From assembly GCA_963835575.1 (NCBI GenBank), contig CAWIGG010000002.1:1920001-1984000 (forward strand): a stretch of 64,000 bases of DNA, in the 5' to 3' direction. Positions 51,448 to 60,944 of the stretch are shown here, one piece after another; within the stretch, counting starts at the first letter, position 1; every line of letters starts with the position of its first letter. Below the pieces are notes generated by a model. The model made no database searches. It saw only the letters and a program-made list of their open reading frames with translations, and was not told the origin of the DNA. Source of the stretch: an uncultured Spirochaetota bacterium. GTDB taxonomy: Bacteria; Spirochaetota; Brevinematia; Brevinematales; JAOACQ01. The translations under genes were made by a program, and so were the position numbers.

Positions 51448-51937
51448 AACCACAGATTACACTGATTTCACAGATATATTCTATATTTTTACTAACAAAA
51501 TTAATTCCATTCATGCTTATATTATAATTTCACTGATTTGTGGAGGTTGCTCACCAGCCGAGATTTCCGAACAATAATTCAAAATTACAATCTGTGTCAT
51601 CTGTGAAATCTGCGGTTATTGCCGTTCCTTCCCCATCAAAGATTTGGTTCTCTTAAGTTATTTTTGGAAAGAAACCACAGATTTCACCGATTTCACAGAT
51701 ATTTTCTATTAAATCCATACAGACTAATTGCAGAAATAATAAATTTTCAATTTTTTTACAAAAATTACTAATTAGGAACGTTATGCCGCACCATTAATTT
51801 TATATATTCGCGGACCTTTCTTCATTTCTTCTTCCTTTTTTATAATTATATTATGATTTCACTGATTTAATATTAACCCCTCACCATTTTCTATTCATCC
51901 AAAATTACAATCTGTGTCATCTGTGAAATCTGTGGTT
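51448..51937. repeat. Two tandem three-unit terminal IR elements (51448-51617 and 51673-51937)
   Basis: Each reads AACCACAGATT(A/T)CAC(T/C)GATTTCACAGAT ... ATCTGTGTCATCTGTGAAATCTG(C/T)GGTT. Confidence 0.88.
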
Positions 51938-51952
51938 CAACCCTTGGAAAAC

Positions 51953-53641
51953 CTATATCCCCAGCATTTCCTTCGCGTGCGCGCGGCTTTTTTCAGTTTC
52001 ACCGCCCAGCATCCGGGTGATCTCCTCCACTCTTTTCCCGCCTTCGATTTTTTCCACAGTCGTAAAAGTTTTGCCGTCCTTTACATATTTGGAAATATAA
52101 AAGTGGTTTTTTGCCTTCGCGGCGATCTGAGGAAGGTGTGTGATGACAATAACCTGCTTATCATGTCCTATATTCTGCATCTTTTCGGCGACATGGTTGG
52201 CCGTTATGCCGCCGATGCCGACATCTATTTCATCGAATATAAGCGTCTCGATCATATCGCTCTGTGCAAAGATCGATTTGAGCGCCAGCATGATCCTCGA
52301 AATTTCTCCGCCTGAGGCCACTTTTTTAAGCGGTTTGGGCTCTTCGCCGGGGTTTGAGGAAATAAAAAACTCCACCCTGTCTATCCCCGTTTCACCGGCT
52401 TTTATGGGAATATTATTGATGATGATGGAACTCGCTTCTTCCTTTACATATTTTATGTCTACTACGAATTCCGCCTTTTCCATTCCCAGAAAGGCCAGTT
52501 CGGCTTTAACCTTCTGTGAAAGCTGCTTTGCCGTTTCCTGCCTTCTTTTTGAGAGCCGCATCGACTTATCAATCAGCTCCGCTTTGATTTTTTCAATCTC
52601 TTTATTCAGCTTTTCGAGCTCGGCCGTGCGGTTTTCAAAACGGGCAAGCTTGCTCCCGCAATCCTTTGAGTACTCCAGAAGCTCTTCTATTGAATTGCGC
52701 CGGTATTTCCGCTTTAAATCCTTGATGAGTTCCATTCTTTCTATTGTGTCTTCCAGCACTTTCTGGTCAAACTCAAGCCCGCCTTGATAATCCGAGATCA
52801 GGTTGACGCTCTCGTTTATTTTAGCCTGCGCGTCCTCCAGAATTTCATTGAGCTCTTCATACCGTTTGTCCAGGGGAATTATATCTTTAAGAGAAACAAG
52901 CGCGCGCGAAAGACGGCTCGAGACCGACAGCTCCTCGTCATAAAGGACGCCCCTCGCCGATGTGAATGACCGGTCTATTTTTTCGGCATTCTCCATCTTC
53001 TTCAAAGATCCGGAAAGCTCTTCCTCCTCATCTTTCTGGAGCCTTGCACCTTCTATCTCTTTGACTGCCGTTTCCCAGAAAATCTTTTCTTCAAAAAGCT
53101 TTTTTTCATCCTGTTCAAGCTCTTTTTTTTCATCGAATTTTTTCAGCAGGAACAGAAATATTTCCCTGACTGATTCTCTATCCTTATAAAGACCGCCGTA
53201 GCTGTCCAGTATGTCAAGATGGATCTTCTGGCTGAGCAGAAGCTGATGGTCATGCTGACCATGGATATCCACAAGCCATTCTCCGATCTCTTCCAGCCTG
53301 TTCACAGGCTCCTGCAGACCGTTGATAAACACCCTTCCTTTATTCCCGGGAGCGACTTCGCGGCGGAGAATAATATTACCGGCTTTTTCCAGATGCATTT
53401 CCTGAAGTTTACGTGTTACTTCTCCGTTCTGAACCGATATCTCGGCTTCAATCATCGCTTTTTCTTCTCCGGTGCGGATCAGTGAAGTGTCGCCCTTTTC
53501 TCCCAGAAGCAGGCTTAAGGCGCCGACAATGATGGATTTCCCGGCCCCGGTTTCCCCTGTAAACACACTGAACCCACTGCCGAGCTCAAGCTCCAGCGAA
53601 TCGATAATAGCATAATTTTTTATAAATAACCGCTCTATCAT
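51953..53641 (-). CDS. recN: DNA repair protein RecN
   Basis: TGETGAGKS, IHGQHDHQ, ASGGEISRIMLALK, FDEIDVG, ITHLPQIA; ATGA overlap with the NAD kinase stop. Confidence 0.97.
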   Translation of the reverse strand: MIERLFIKNYAIIDSLELELGSGFSVFTGETGAGKSIIVGALSLLLGEKGDTSLIRTGEEKAMIEAEISVQNGEVTRKLQEMHLEKAGNIILRREVAPGNKGRVFINGLQEPVNRLEEIGEWLVDIHGQHDHQLLLSQKIHLDILDSYGGLYKDRESVREIFLFLLKKFDEKKELEQDEKKLFEEKIFWETAVKEIEGARLQKDEEEELSGSLKKMENAEKIDRSFTSARGVLYDEELSVSSRLSRALVSLKDIIPLDKRYEELNEILEDAQAKINESVNLISDYQGGLEFDQKVLEDTIERMELIKDLKRKYRRNSIEELLEYSKDCGSKLARFENRTAELEKLNKEIEKIKAELIDKSMRLSKRRQETAKQLSQKVKAELAFLGMEKAEFVVDIKYVKEEASSIIINNIPIKAGETGIDRVEFFISSNPGEEPKPLKKVASGGEISRIMLALKSIFAQSDMIETLIFDEIDVGIGGITANHVAEKMQNIGHDKQVIVITHLPQIAAKAKNHFYISKYVKDGKTFTTVEKIEGGKRVEEITRMLGGETEKSRAHAKEMLGI

Positions 53642-54516
53642 ACATGCCACCCCAATTTTTCCCTTAACACGCTGAAAAACTGCTTTTCACCCATATCGTA
53701 AACCCGCACGCCTTCCGGCATTTTCTTTATGATCATGATGTCGTCTATCTTCAGGTTAAAATTTTCCTGGCCGTCAATGGTGAGCGTTGTATCCGTTTCC
53801 CCCATGATAAGCTCTATCTTGAGTTCTTTATCAACAGCGGTTACTATCGGCCGGACCCCAAGAATATGAGGACAGATCGGGGTAATGATAAGGGCTTCCA
53901 TATCCGGCGTCAGTATGGGCCCGCCTGCCGCAAGGCTGTAAGCCGTGGACCCTGTCGGTGTTGATATGATAAGGCCGTCCGACCTGTATTGAGATAAGAC
54001 ATCCCTGTCGATGCTGACAGACAGCTCAACCATCCTTGAAAGGACACCTTTCGAAACAACAGCGTCATTCAGGAACGGGCAGACGAATACTTTTTTCCCG
54101 CCCCTCAGCACCGTAATTTCCAGCAGAATTCTTTCCTTAATTTCAATTTTATTATTGATGACTTTATCTAAGGAGTTTTCCATATCGGAGGGTTTTACAT
54201 CCATCAAAAAGCCGACCCTGCCGGCATTGATGCCGAGCATGGGAATATGAAAGGGCTGAAATGTCCTTGCGGCGTAAAGGAAAGTGCCGTCGCCGCCAAG
54301 CGCAACGATGAGGTCATAATTCTTATACTTGAAATGCGAGTCGAAATCCGTCAGCAGATTATTGTTTTTCAACTTAAAATAGATCGGGTTGGTTACAAAA
54401 GTCGCAATCCCTCTTTTTTTCAGGAGCTCCTGCGCCTTCTCCGCGATTGGCCCCACTCTGCTTTTTTTAATGTTAGCCACTATTAAAACATTTTTTATTT
54501 TTGCCATTGACGTCAT
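53638..54516 (-). CDS. nadK: NAD(+) kinase
   Basis: GGDGT, GINAGRVGFL, LND, DGLIISTPTGSTAYSLAAGGP. Confidence 0.96.
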   Translation of the reverse strand: MTSMAKIKNVLIVANIKKSRVGPIAEKAQELLKKRGIATFVTNPIYFKLKNNNLLTDFDSHFKYKNYDLIVALGGDGTFLYAARTFQPFHIPMLGINAGRVGFLMDVKPSDMENSLDKVINNKIEIKERILLEITVLRGGKKVFVCPFLNDAVVSKGVLSRMVELSVSIDRDVLSQYRSDGLIISTPTGSTAYSLAAGGPILTPDMEALIITPICPHILGVRPIVTAVDKELKIELIMGETDTTLTIDGQENFNLKIDDIMIIKKMPEGVRVYDMGEKQFFSVLREKLGWHV

Positions 54517-55427
54517 CCCTTGTTCATTCTTTTTAAGAACCACACCTCCAGTCCATTCAGCAGCCGCCCCCAAAAGCCTTTCCCGAACCTGGCCGAGTAA
54601 TCATCCAGTGCTTTTTCCAGCGTAACATCACCTGTTTTTTCTTTCAGATAATGCCAGTGGTCCATCAGCCAGATATAAAGGTCGCCCACTTCCCTTCCGG
54701 GGAATTTTCTGAGAACTTTTCTCCTCTTTATCAGTCTGGTGACGGGAAGAAAAAGCTCATTATACCATGATTTAAGAGATTCCTCCCAGCCGACCTCTTT
54801 CTTTTTTTCCTCGCTCTTATAGTACTTATAAGTATTTATATGTTCTATCAATCTATAATAACCCCAGGGGTTTGTCAATTTTATTATGACATGCGGAAAA
54901 TATTTATCAAATTTTGTTTTATCAAGAAAGTACTTCTGGCTTTCCGCCAGCAGAAGCTCTTTTTCGCTTATTTCCTCCAGTTTGACTTTTGTAAACAGCT
55001 CTACAACTTCCGCATCGATGAATTCCTGCTTGAGTTCCTTCGCCACGGAAACACGGTGATTACCGTCGCGGACAAAATAAAAATCCCCGATTTTATAAAC
55101 AAGAATAGGCGGCAGATGCGTATCTTTAAGCTTGGCAATCTCAATATTCTGCCACCGCATCCGGTTATTATCCTTTAAGGGAAGAAAATTAATGTCAAAA
55201 TCCTGATAGCGGCCTTCGCTTCCGACGATCTTATTCAAAGGGATCGGCATCATTCCTCTGTAGGCCATTCCCTCCGGCGACATCATATATTTAACTTCCT
55301 CAAACCCGAAAAGCTCATTTCTTTTACGGAAGATCTTGTTCAATAGTTCGCTTAAAAAAGCCTTGTTCCGCGCTTTTTCATAATCCTCCCTGACGCGCAA
55401 ATTCAGGAAGGCACGGCTTTGCGACAT
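54513..55427 (-). CDS. ParB/sulfiredoxin-like domain protein (DUF4032-like)
   Basis: IVGSEGRYQDFD..FLP, LPPI.VYKIG..YFVRDGNHRVSVA, DLYIW...H. Confidence 0.75.
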   Translation of the reverse strand: MSQSRAFLNLRVREDYEKARNKAFLSELLNKIFRKRNELFGFEEVKYMMSPEGMAYRGMMPIPLNKIVGSEGRYQDFDINFLPLKDNNRMRWQNIEIAKLKDTHLPPILVYKIGDFYFVRDGNHRVSVAKELKQEFIDAEVVELFTKVKLEEISEKELLLAESQKYFLDKTKFDKYFPHVIIKLTNPWGYYRLIEHINTYKYYKSEEKKKEVGWEESLKSWYNELFLPVTRLIKRRKVLRKFPGREVGDLYIWLMDHWHYLKEKTGDVTLEKALDDYSARFGKGFWGRLLNGLEVWFLKRMNKG

Positions 55428-55531
55428 AGGCAGAAACCCTCTTTTATTAAATTGTTTTTTCAGCCACAGAATTACACGGAAATTCACTGAATTAAATTAT
55501 AAATTTTTTAAAATAATATTTTATTCCGGTC

Positions 55532-56927
55532 GAGTTTTTGTCAAATGTTGTGTATGACATACCCTCTCATTTTTTTATGCTGCCTTTTTTACAAGCTCTC
55601 CGTTCTCAAAAACAGCGCCTTCCAATACAAGGCTAATCTTTTCATAACCTCTTAATTTTCTCCATCGCCTGGATGCCTTATCCAGTAATTTATAGACCAT
55701 TATTAGAATCGTTTCCCTGGTTCCGCAGCCTCTCATCTTTTTAGTTCTTAATCGAACTGTAGAGAAGGTAGATTCTATTACGTTTGTCGTACGGATATGT
55801 ACCCAATGTTCCGCCGGACAGTTATAAAATTCGATCATAAGCTCCCAATCCTTTTCTAAACATTCGACAGCTGCTGGATATTTAGGATTAAAAACCGCCT
55901 GGAATAATTCAAAAGCTTTGATAGCATTATCCTTATCAGGAGCATTGCATATCTCATGAAGCATCTCTTTTGCCTTTGACTGTAATACTTTGGGCAGCTT
56001 GTTTAGAATGTTCTTTATCTTATGAACCCAGCATCTCTGCCATCTGGATTCAGGATATACTTCTTTGGCTGCTTTCCAGAATCCAAGGCTTCCGTCTCCG
56101 ATAAAAAGAATAGGACCTTTCAAACCTTTTTCTTTTAGGTTTCTTAATATCCCTAACCAAGTCTCGGAATTCTCTCTGTAACCTTCTTCAACAAGAATAA
56201 TCTCCTTTTCACCATTCTCATTGGCTCCGATCATTACAAGAGTGCATAAACGGTCTTCGCTGCCCTGTACATTGAAGTAAATGCCGTCAACCCATATATA
56301 GCAATACTTTTTATCGCTTAAATCGGATGTCCGCCACTCATCATATTCTTTACCCCATCCTTGTTTCATTCTGCTTATACTTGAGGCTGATAATCCTTTC
56401 GCTTCTTCACCAAGCAATCCTCTCAAGGCATTCTCCATATCCATCTCTGAGACTCCATAGAGATACAACAATGGAATGGCTTCCTCAATTCTCAGGCTTT
56501 TTCTCATATACGGCGGTACTATTAGGCTTTGAAAATTGTCGCCTCCGAGTCGGTTCCTTGTTCTCGGAATACATACATCAATAGCCCCTCCACCAATGAG
56601 AATCTGACGGGCTTTATGATACCCATTTCTTACTATTGCCTTTCTCCCGTCTTCGATAGTTAAATGCTCTCTCTCCTGAAGAAACCCATTAATTTCATCT
56701 TCCAGAGCCTTCTTGATTATTTCCCTGGCCCCGATCCTTGCCAATTCTTCAAGACATAAAAATTCTACTGTTTCATCTTGATTAAAAGCCTGTAAGAGCT
56801 TAAAATCTTCGTTGTGCTTCGGCATATGGCGTATTCCTCCTTTTGTTTATTGTCGTAAATAAATTATAGAGGGTACGCCATCTTTTTTATAATATTTATT
56901 CCTATACACAACTTTCTATTATAACTC
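55532..56927 (-). mobile_element. IS256-family insertion sequence, 1396 bp
   Basis: Imperfect TIRs beginning GAGTT...GTTGTGTAT; 8-bp TSD TTCCGGTC at 55524-55531 and 56928-56935. Confidence 0.93.
55575..56825 (-). CDS. IS256-family (Mutator-type) transposase
   Basis: VRNGY, YIWVDGIY, IGDGSLGFW, QRCWVHK, IRTTNVIESTF. Confidence 0.96.
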   Translation of the reverse strand: MPKHNEDFKLLQAFNQDETVEFLCLEELARIGAREIIKKALEDEINGFLQEREHLTIEDGRKAIVRNGYHKARQILIGGGAIDVCIPRTRNRLGGDNFQSLIVPPYMRKSLRIEEAIPLLYLYGVSEMDMENALRGLLGEEAKGLSASSISRMKQGWGKEYDEWRTSDLSDKKYCYIWVDGIYFNVQGSEDRLCTLVMIGANENGEKEIILVEEGYRENSETWLGILRNLKEKGLKGPILFIGDGSLGFWKAAKEVYPESRWQRCWVHKIKNILNKLPKVLQSKAKEMLHEICNAPDKDNAIKAFELFQAVFNPKYPAAVECLEKDWELMIEFYNCPAEHWVHIRTTNVIESTFSTVRLRTKKMRGCGTRETILIMVYKLLDKASRRWRKLRGYEKISLVLEGAVFENGELVKKAA

Positions 56928-56993
56928 TTCCGGTCCATTTTTTTAGTTAATTCTTCATATTTGCTTTCTGTGCCGTTCTGTGCAATTCCGCGG

Positions 56994-57659
56994 CTATATC
57001 TTAATATCAAGAATGACAAAGTCATAGCAATTAATGACTTTTGTCCCCTCGTATTCAAAAATTCTTTTTTCATTCATATTATAGATATGAGTATGGCCAT
57101 GGAGAAGATACTTGGGCCGGAATCTCTTAATGAATTTATTAAAAGCTTCGAATCCTTTATGGGCCATGTCCTTCCGGTCATGGATCCCGAACGGCGGCGC
57201 GTGTGTGATCAGAACATCCAGAAAACGGCCTGATGTAAGTTTATTAAAACAAAGACCCGGCATGAGCTTATAAATCTTCCGGCGCATCTGGGCTTCTGTA
57301 TATTGATGATCCCCTCTATTATAAAGAAAAGAACCTTCCAGACCGGCAAATTTGACCGGTCCTATATTATCAATCCTTTCATCCATATTCCTGCCGCCGA
57401 AGCTGACATAATGCTTGGGCTGGTTAAATGTCCTGTTTCCTCTTATAAACCCTTCATCGCTCACTTCGCTTTCTTCATAATGATCATGATTGCCGCAGAC
57501 ATAGAGAAGCGGTTTTAAAAGGCTGGACGCAAGATAATCCAGATAATAGGCAGGCAAATCCCCGCATGAAATGATCGCATCGACATTGCCGGCCAATTCC
57601 CGTACACGGGTGCTGTAGAGACTGCTGTTGACCGTATCGCTGACGGCTAAAACTCTCAA
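56994..57659 (-). CDS. Calcineurin-like metallophosphoesterase
   Basis: AVSD, SCGDL, VCGNHD, ITHAPP, HGHTH; TTG start. Confidence 0.9.
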   Translation of the reverse strand: MRVLAVSDTVNSSLYSTRVRELAGNVDAIISCGDLPAYYLDYLASSLLKPLLYVCGNHDHYEESEVSDEGFIRGNRTFNQPKHYVSFGGRNMDERIDNIGPVKFAGLEGSFLYNRGDHQYTEAQMRRKIYKLMPGLCFNKLTSGRFLDVLITHAPPFGIHDRKDMAHKGFEAFNKFIKRFRPKYLLHGHTHIYNMNEKRIFEYEGTKVINCYDFVILDIKI

Positions 57660-57673
57660 GACATTACCTTTTT

Positions 57674-57826
57674 TTATACTTCTTCGATATGAGCTTGAAT
57701 AAACTTTTCAAAATCATCCCGTTTCATTGAATCCTTATAGAATTCCCACATAGCGTCTATTGCTTCTTCTTTCGTAGCGAATTTAATACCTTTCATTGCA
57801 CTGTCCAGAGTCACCTTAAAAGGCAT
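57674..57826 (-). CDS. 50-aa small protein absent from the ORF track
   Basis: GGGAGG RBS, then MPFKVTLDSAMKGIKFATKEEAIDAMWEFYKDSMKRDDFEKFIQAHIEEV-stop; fills the gap between nadA and the phosphoesterase. Confidence 0.75.
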   Translation of the reverse strand: MPFKVTLDSAMKGIKFATKEEAIDAMWEFYKDSMKRDDFEKFIQAHIEEV

Positions 57827-57864
57827 AGCATCCTCCCGTGTAATATTTTAACATCAATAGTTTT

Positions 57865-58791
57865 TTATTGCATCATTTCAAGCATTCTTTCAATCGATTT
57901 CCCGGCTGTTTCAGCAACATCCGGTTTCACTTTCACTCTTGTTTCAAGAGTCTTTAAACTATTGAGAAGCTTCATGAGTGTTATTTTTTTCATATTGGCG
58001 CATTCCATTCGTTTGAGAGGCTCAATAAAATTTTTGTTATTAAAGCGTTTTTTCAGTGCGTAATTGATGCCCCATTCCGTCACAATGATAAAATCATCAT
58101 TTTCCGGATGTTTTTCCACAAAATCAAACATCTGCCCCGTGCTCAAAACGGCATCCGCCGTATCCAGGATTTCCATCGGGCATTCGGGATGCGCCAGAAT
58201 AAGGGCTTGAGGATGCATTTTCTTCGCTTTCAAAATTGATTCCAGGTCCGCTTTTTCATGCACTACACAAAAACCGGGCCATAAAACAATTTCTTTCTCG
58301 GGGACCATTTTTTTTACATACGCACCAAGATTTTTATCAGGTAAAAAGACGATTTTCTTCTGAGGAAGTTTTTTCACTATCTCAACAGCGTTAGCAGAAG
58401 TACAGCATACATCCACAGCCGACTTGACTTCCGCGGTTGTATTTACGTAGGCCACAAAGGCATGACCGGGATAACGCGCCCGCCATTCGAGAACCATTTT
58501 CTCAGAGGCAAAATCAGCCAGCGGGCATCCCGCATCCTTATCCGGTATGACAACTGTTTTCCCGGGATTTAAAAGCGCCGCTGTCTCGGCCATAAAGTAA
58601 ACACCGCACATCACAATAACCGGCTCAGTTATTTTAGCCGCTTTTTGAGCCAAGCCGAGCGAATCGCCCACATAATCAGCCGCTTCCTGGATTTCAGGCA
58701 GCTGATAATTATGCGCCAGAATGACGGCTCCTCTTTTCTTTTTTAATTGAAGGATTTCTTCTTTTATATCATTTATTTCAGTTTTGCCCAT
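57865..58791 (-). CDS. nadA: Quinolinate synthase A
   Basis: ILAHNYQ, GDSL, CGVYFMAET, AGCPLAD, YVNT, PDKNLG, AHPEC, C.NMKK. Confidence 0.97.
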   Translation of the reverse strand: MGKTEINDIKEEILQLKKKRGAVILAHNYQLPEIQEAADYVGDSLGLAQKAAKITEPVIVMCGVYFMAETAALLNPGKTVVIPDKDAGCPLADFASEKMVLEWRARYPGHAFVAYVNTTAEVKSAVDVCCTSANAVEIVKKLPQKKIVFLPDKNLGAYVKKMVPEKEIVLWPGFCVVHEKADLESILKAKKMHPQALILAHPECPMEILDTADAVLSTGQMFDFVEKHPENDDFIIVTEWGINYALKKRFNNKNFIEPLKRMECANMKKITLMKLLNSLKTLETRVKVKPDVAETAGKSIERMLEMMQ

Positions 58792-59001
58792 TTCAATTTA
58801 TCCTTTTGTAAATAGGCATGATATTATATTGATTCCTATGCAAAAGTCAAGAGTTATCGAATTTTAGGATTTATTTTTTTTGCCGAAAATTAATAATGAG
58901 TATTTCTATAAAACCCCGGGGGTTATAGTGATGCCTGTTATGCTTTAAATTTATGAGCCGGGCGTATTATTAAATTTATTTAACATAAAATATAAAGGGA
59001 C

Positions 59002-59418
59002 ATGATTATGAAATATATCATACTCCTCATTTTTAACGCTGCCGCTTTTTATATTCTCGGTATTTTTATTCTGGGCAGCGGCGGAATTGTACAGAACCTT
59101 CAGAAACTCCAGCAGATCAACCGTCTTGAGGAAATGAAGGCTAAAAGCGAACTGGATGTCGAAGATCTCAAGTTCAGGCTGAAGTATTTTCAATCGCAGA
59201 ACATACCCGATGCGAGCGCCCTGGCCAAGCAGGGAAAGAAGTCCGAAAATATGGTTATATTTAAATATATAGAAAAACAGGGCGCTGCCCAGCCTGATAA
59301 TAATGATACGGATCATTTTGCCTATTACCGGATCTTTTTCAGCGCGGCTTTTTCAGTCTTCATTATTCTGCTGGGCAATATTCTTCTCTGTATGAATCTG
59401 GCAAGGCGGGCTGTATAG
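59002..59418 (+). CDS. Membrane protein, possibly FtsB/DivIC-like
   Basis: TM helix, GxxG, coiled coil, second C-terminal TM helix; family assignment weak. Confidence 0.45.
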   Translation: MIMKYIILLIFNAAAFYILGIFILGSGGIVQNLQKLQQINRLEEMKAKSELDVEDLKFRLKYFQSQNIPDASALAKQGKKSENMVIFKYIEKQGAAQPDNNDTDHFAYYRIFFSAAFSVFIILLGNILLCMNLARRAV

Positions 59419-59940
59419 ATGAATATTTATTTAATCGGATATCGAGGGAGCGGGAAAAGCACGCTGGGAAAAATAATTTCCGAAAAATTGAATTTTGAAT
59501 TTACCGACACTGACGATTTGATTATAAAAGCTGAAAGAAAAACAATCCCTGAGATTTTTGAAAAAGCGGGTGAAAGTTATTTCAGAAAAATTGAAAGCGA
59601 TGCGCTGAAAAAAATATCCGGAAGAAAAAATCTGGTTGTATCTACCGGCGGAGGAATAATTTTAAATGAAAAAAACAGGGCCCTGATGCGGAAAACAGGT
59701 TTTTGCGTCTATCTTAAAGCGGATACAGACATTCTCTTCAGGCGGATTGAAGGCGACGGCAACCGCCCCCCGCTTACAAAACTGCCGCCACGCGAGGAAG
59801 TGGACCATATCTTGAGTTTGAGAATTCCTCTTTACACAGAACTGGCGGAACTGTCCCTGGACACCGGTGAATTTTCCGCCGGAGAATGCGCCGAAAAAAT
59901 AATTCAAGCGTTAAAAACGCGGGGAGAAGCTGTATGCTGA
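59419..59940 (+). CDS. aroK: Shikimate kinase
   Basis: GYRGSGKST, DTD, GESYFRKIE, STGGG, RPPL. Confidence 0.95.
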   Translation: MNIYLIGYRGSGKSTLGKIISEKLNFEFTDTDDLIIKAERKTIPEIFEKAGESYFRKIESDALKKISGRKNLVVSTGGGIILNEKNRALMRKTGFCVYLKADTDILFRRIEGDGNRPPLTKLPPREEVDHILSLRIPLYTELAELSLDTGEFSAGECAEKIIQALKTRGEAVC

Positions 59941-60944
59941 AAGTTTACAGGTTCTTCAAATTGATAATTATTTCAGCCGCCGCTCTTACTATTTTAGCTG
60001 TTTTGTTTTATGAAACAACAAAAGAAAATTTGATCAATTATCAGAAGATAAAGCCTTTGACCAATTGGATACAGAGATATCAGTCTATTAAGGAATTTGT
60101 TTTTTATGATCCTTATTATCATAATATATCATTAAAAGTTCAAAACGCTCATCTTGAATTTGAAAAGCTGTTCGACTCAGCCCTGAATAGTATGACGAAC
60201 CTGACTGCCGATAAAAGCTTCTATGTCAATATTTATTACTATATGATGTCTAAAAAAATGAAAGAAATGACCGGGCTCGCCAGACAGTATTTCGGGAATA
60301 TCCCTTCTTTTAAAGATTTGATTATTATCGACTCCAAAAAAAACATTCTCTATCAATTAAACAGCAATACAATTATACCGGAATATTATAATTCATCCGA
60401 CCGCATTTCCGCCGTCATTACCAATGATATGATCTGCCTGATTAAAAAATACGAGAACCCTCTGGACCTGGATATTGAAATCGTAGAAGTTCTCGACTCG
60501 AGCGTCATTATCCAGAAAATAAAAGAAATCGGTTTTGAGACCTTTTTTATTATGAACGATAAGATTTATAAGAACGCCGATTTCAAAATAGATATTATTA
60601 AAGATATTCAAAAAGACATAAAATCAAATAAAAAATATATCTCCGGTTCAAAAATCATTGACACTTATACAGTGTTTATCAATAATTCCTATATTGGCAC
60701 TCTCGGCATAATTTATCCGAATAGAGGCATCGGAAGCGTTTTGTTTATTGTTCTTAAAATTTTTATTTTATTATTAATTGCAGGCATACTTTTCATTATT
60801 GACAGATCTATTGAAAAAAGACTCGGATTGAGAAAAATGAAAAAAATAAAAAAGGATCGGGCCGAAGAATCAAAAGAAAATGATACGCATCTGGAATGGC
60901 TGGAAAATTACGTTCAAAAAAATGAGGAAAAAAATGATAAATAA
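59934..60944 (+). CDS. Hypothetical two-TM membrane protein with extracytoplasmic domain
   Basis: N- and C-terminal hydrophobic helices; overlaps both neighbours. Confidence 0.7.
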   Translation: MLKVYRFFKLIIISAAALTILAVLFYETTKENLINYQKIKPLTNWIQRYQSIKEFVFYDPYYHNISLKVQNAHLEFEKLFDSALNSMTNLTADKSFYVNIYYYMMSKKMKEMTGLARQYFGNIPSFKDLIIIDSKKNILYQLNSNTIIPEYYNSSDRISAVITNDMICLIKKYENPLDLDIEIVEVLDSSVIIQKIKEIGFETFFIMNDKIYKNADFKIDIIKDIQKDIKSNKKYISGSKIIDTYTVFINNSYIGTLGIIYPNRGIGSVLFIVLKIFILLLIAGILFIIDRSIEKRLGLRKMKKIKKDRAEESKENDTHLEWLENYVQKNEEKNDK

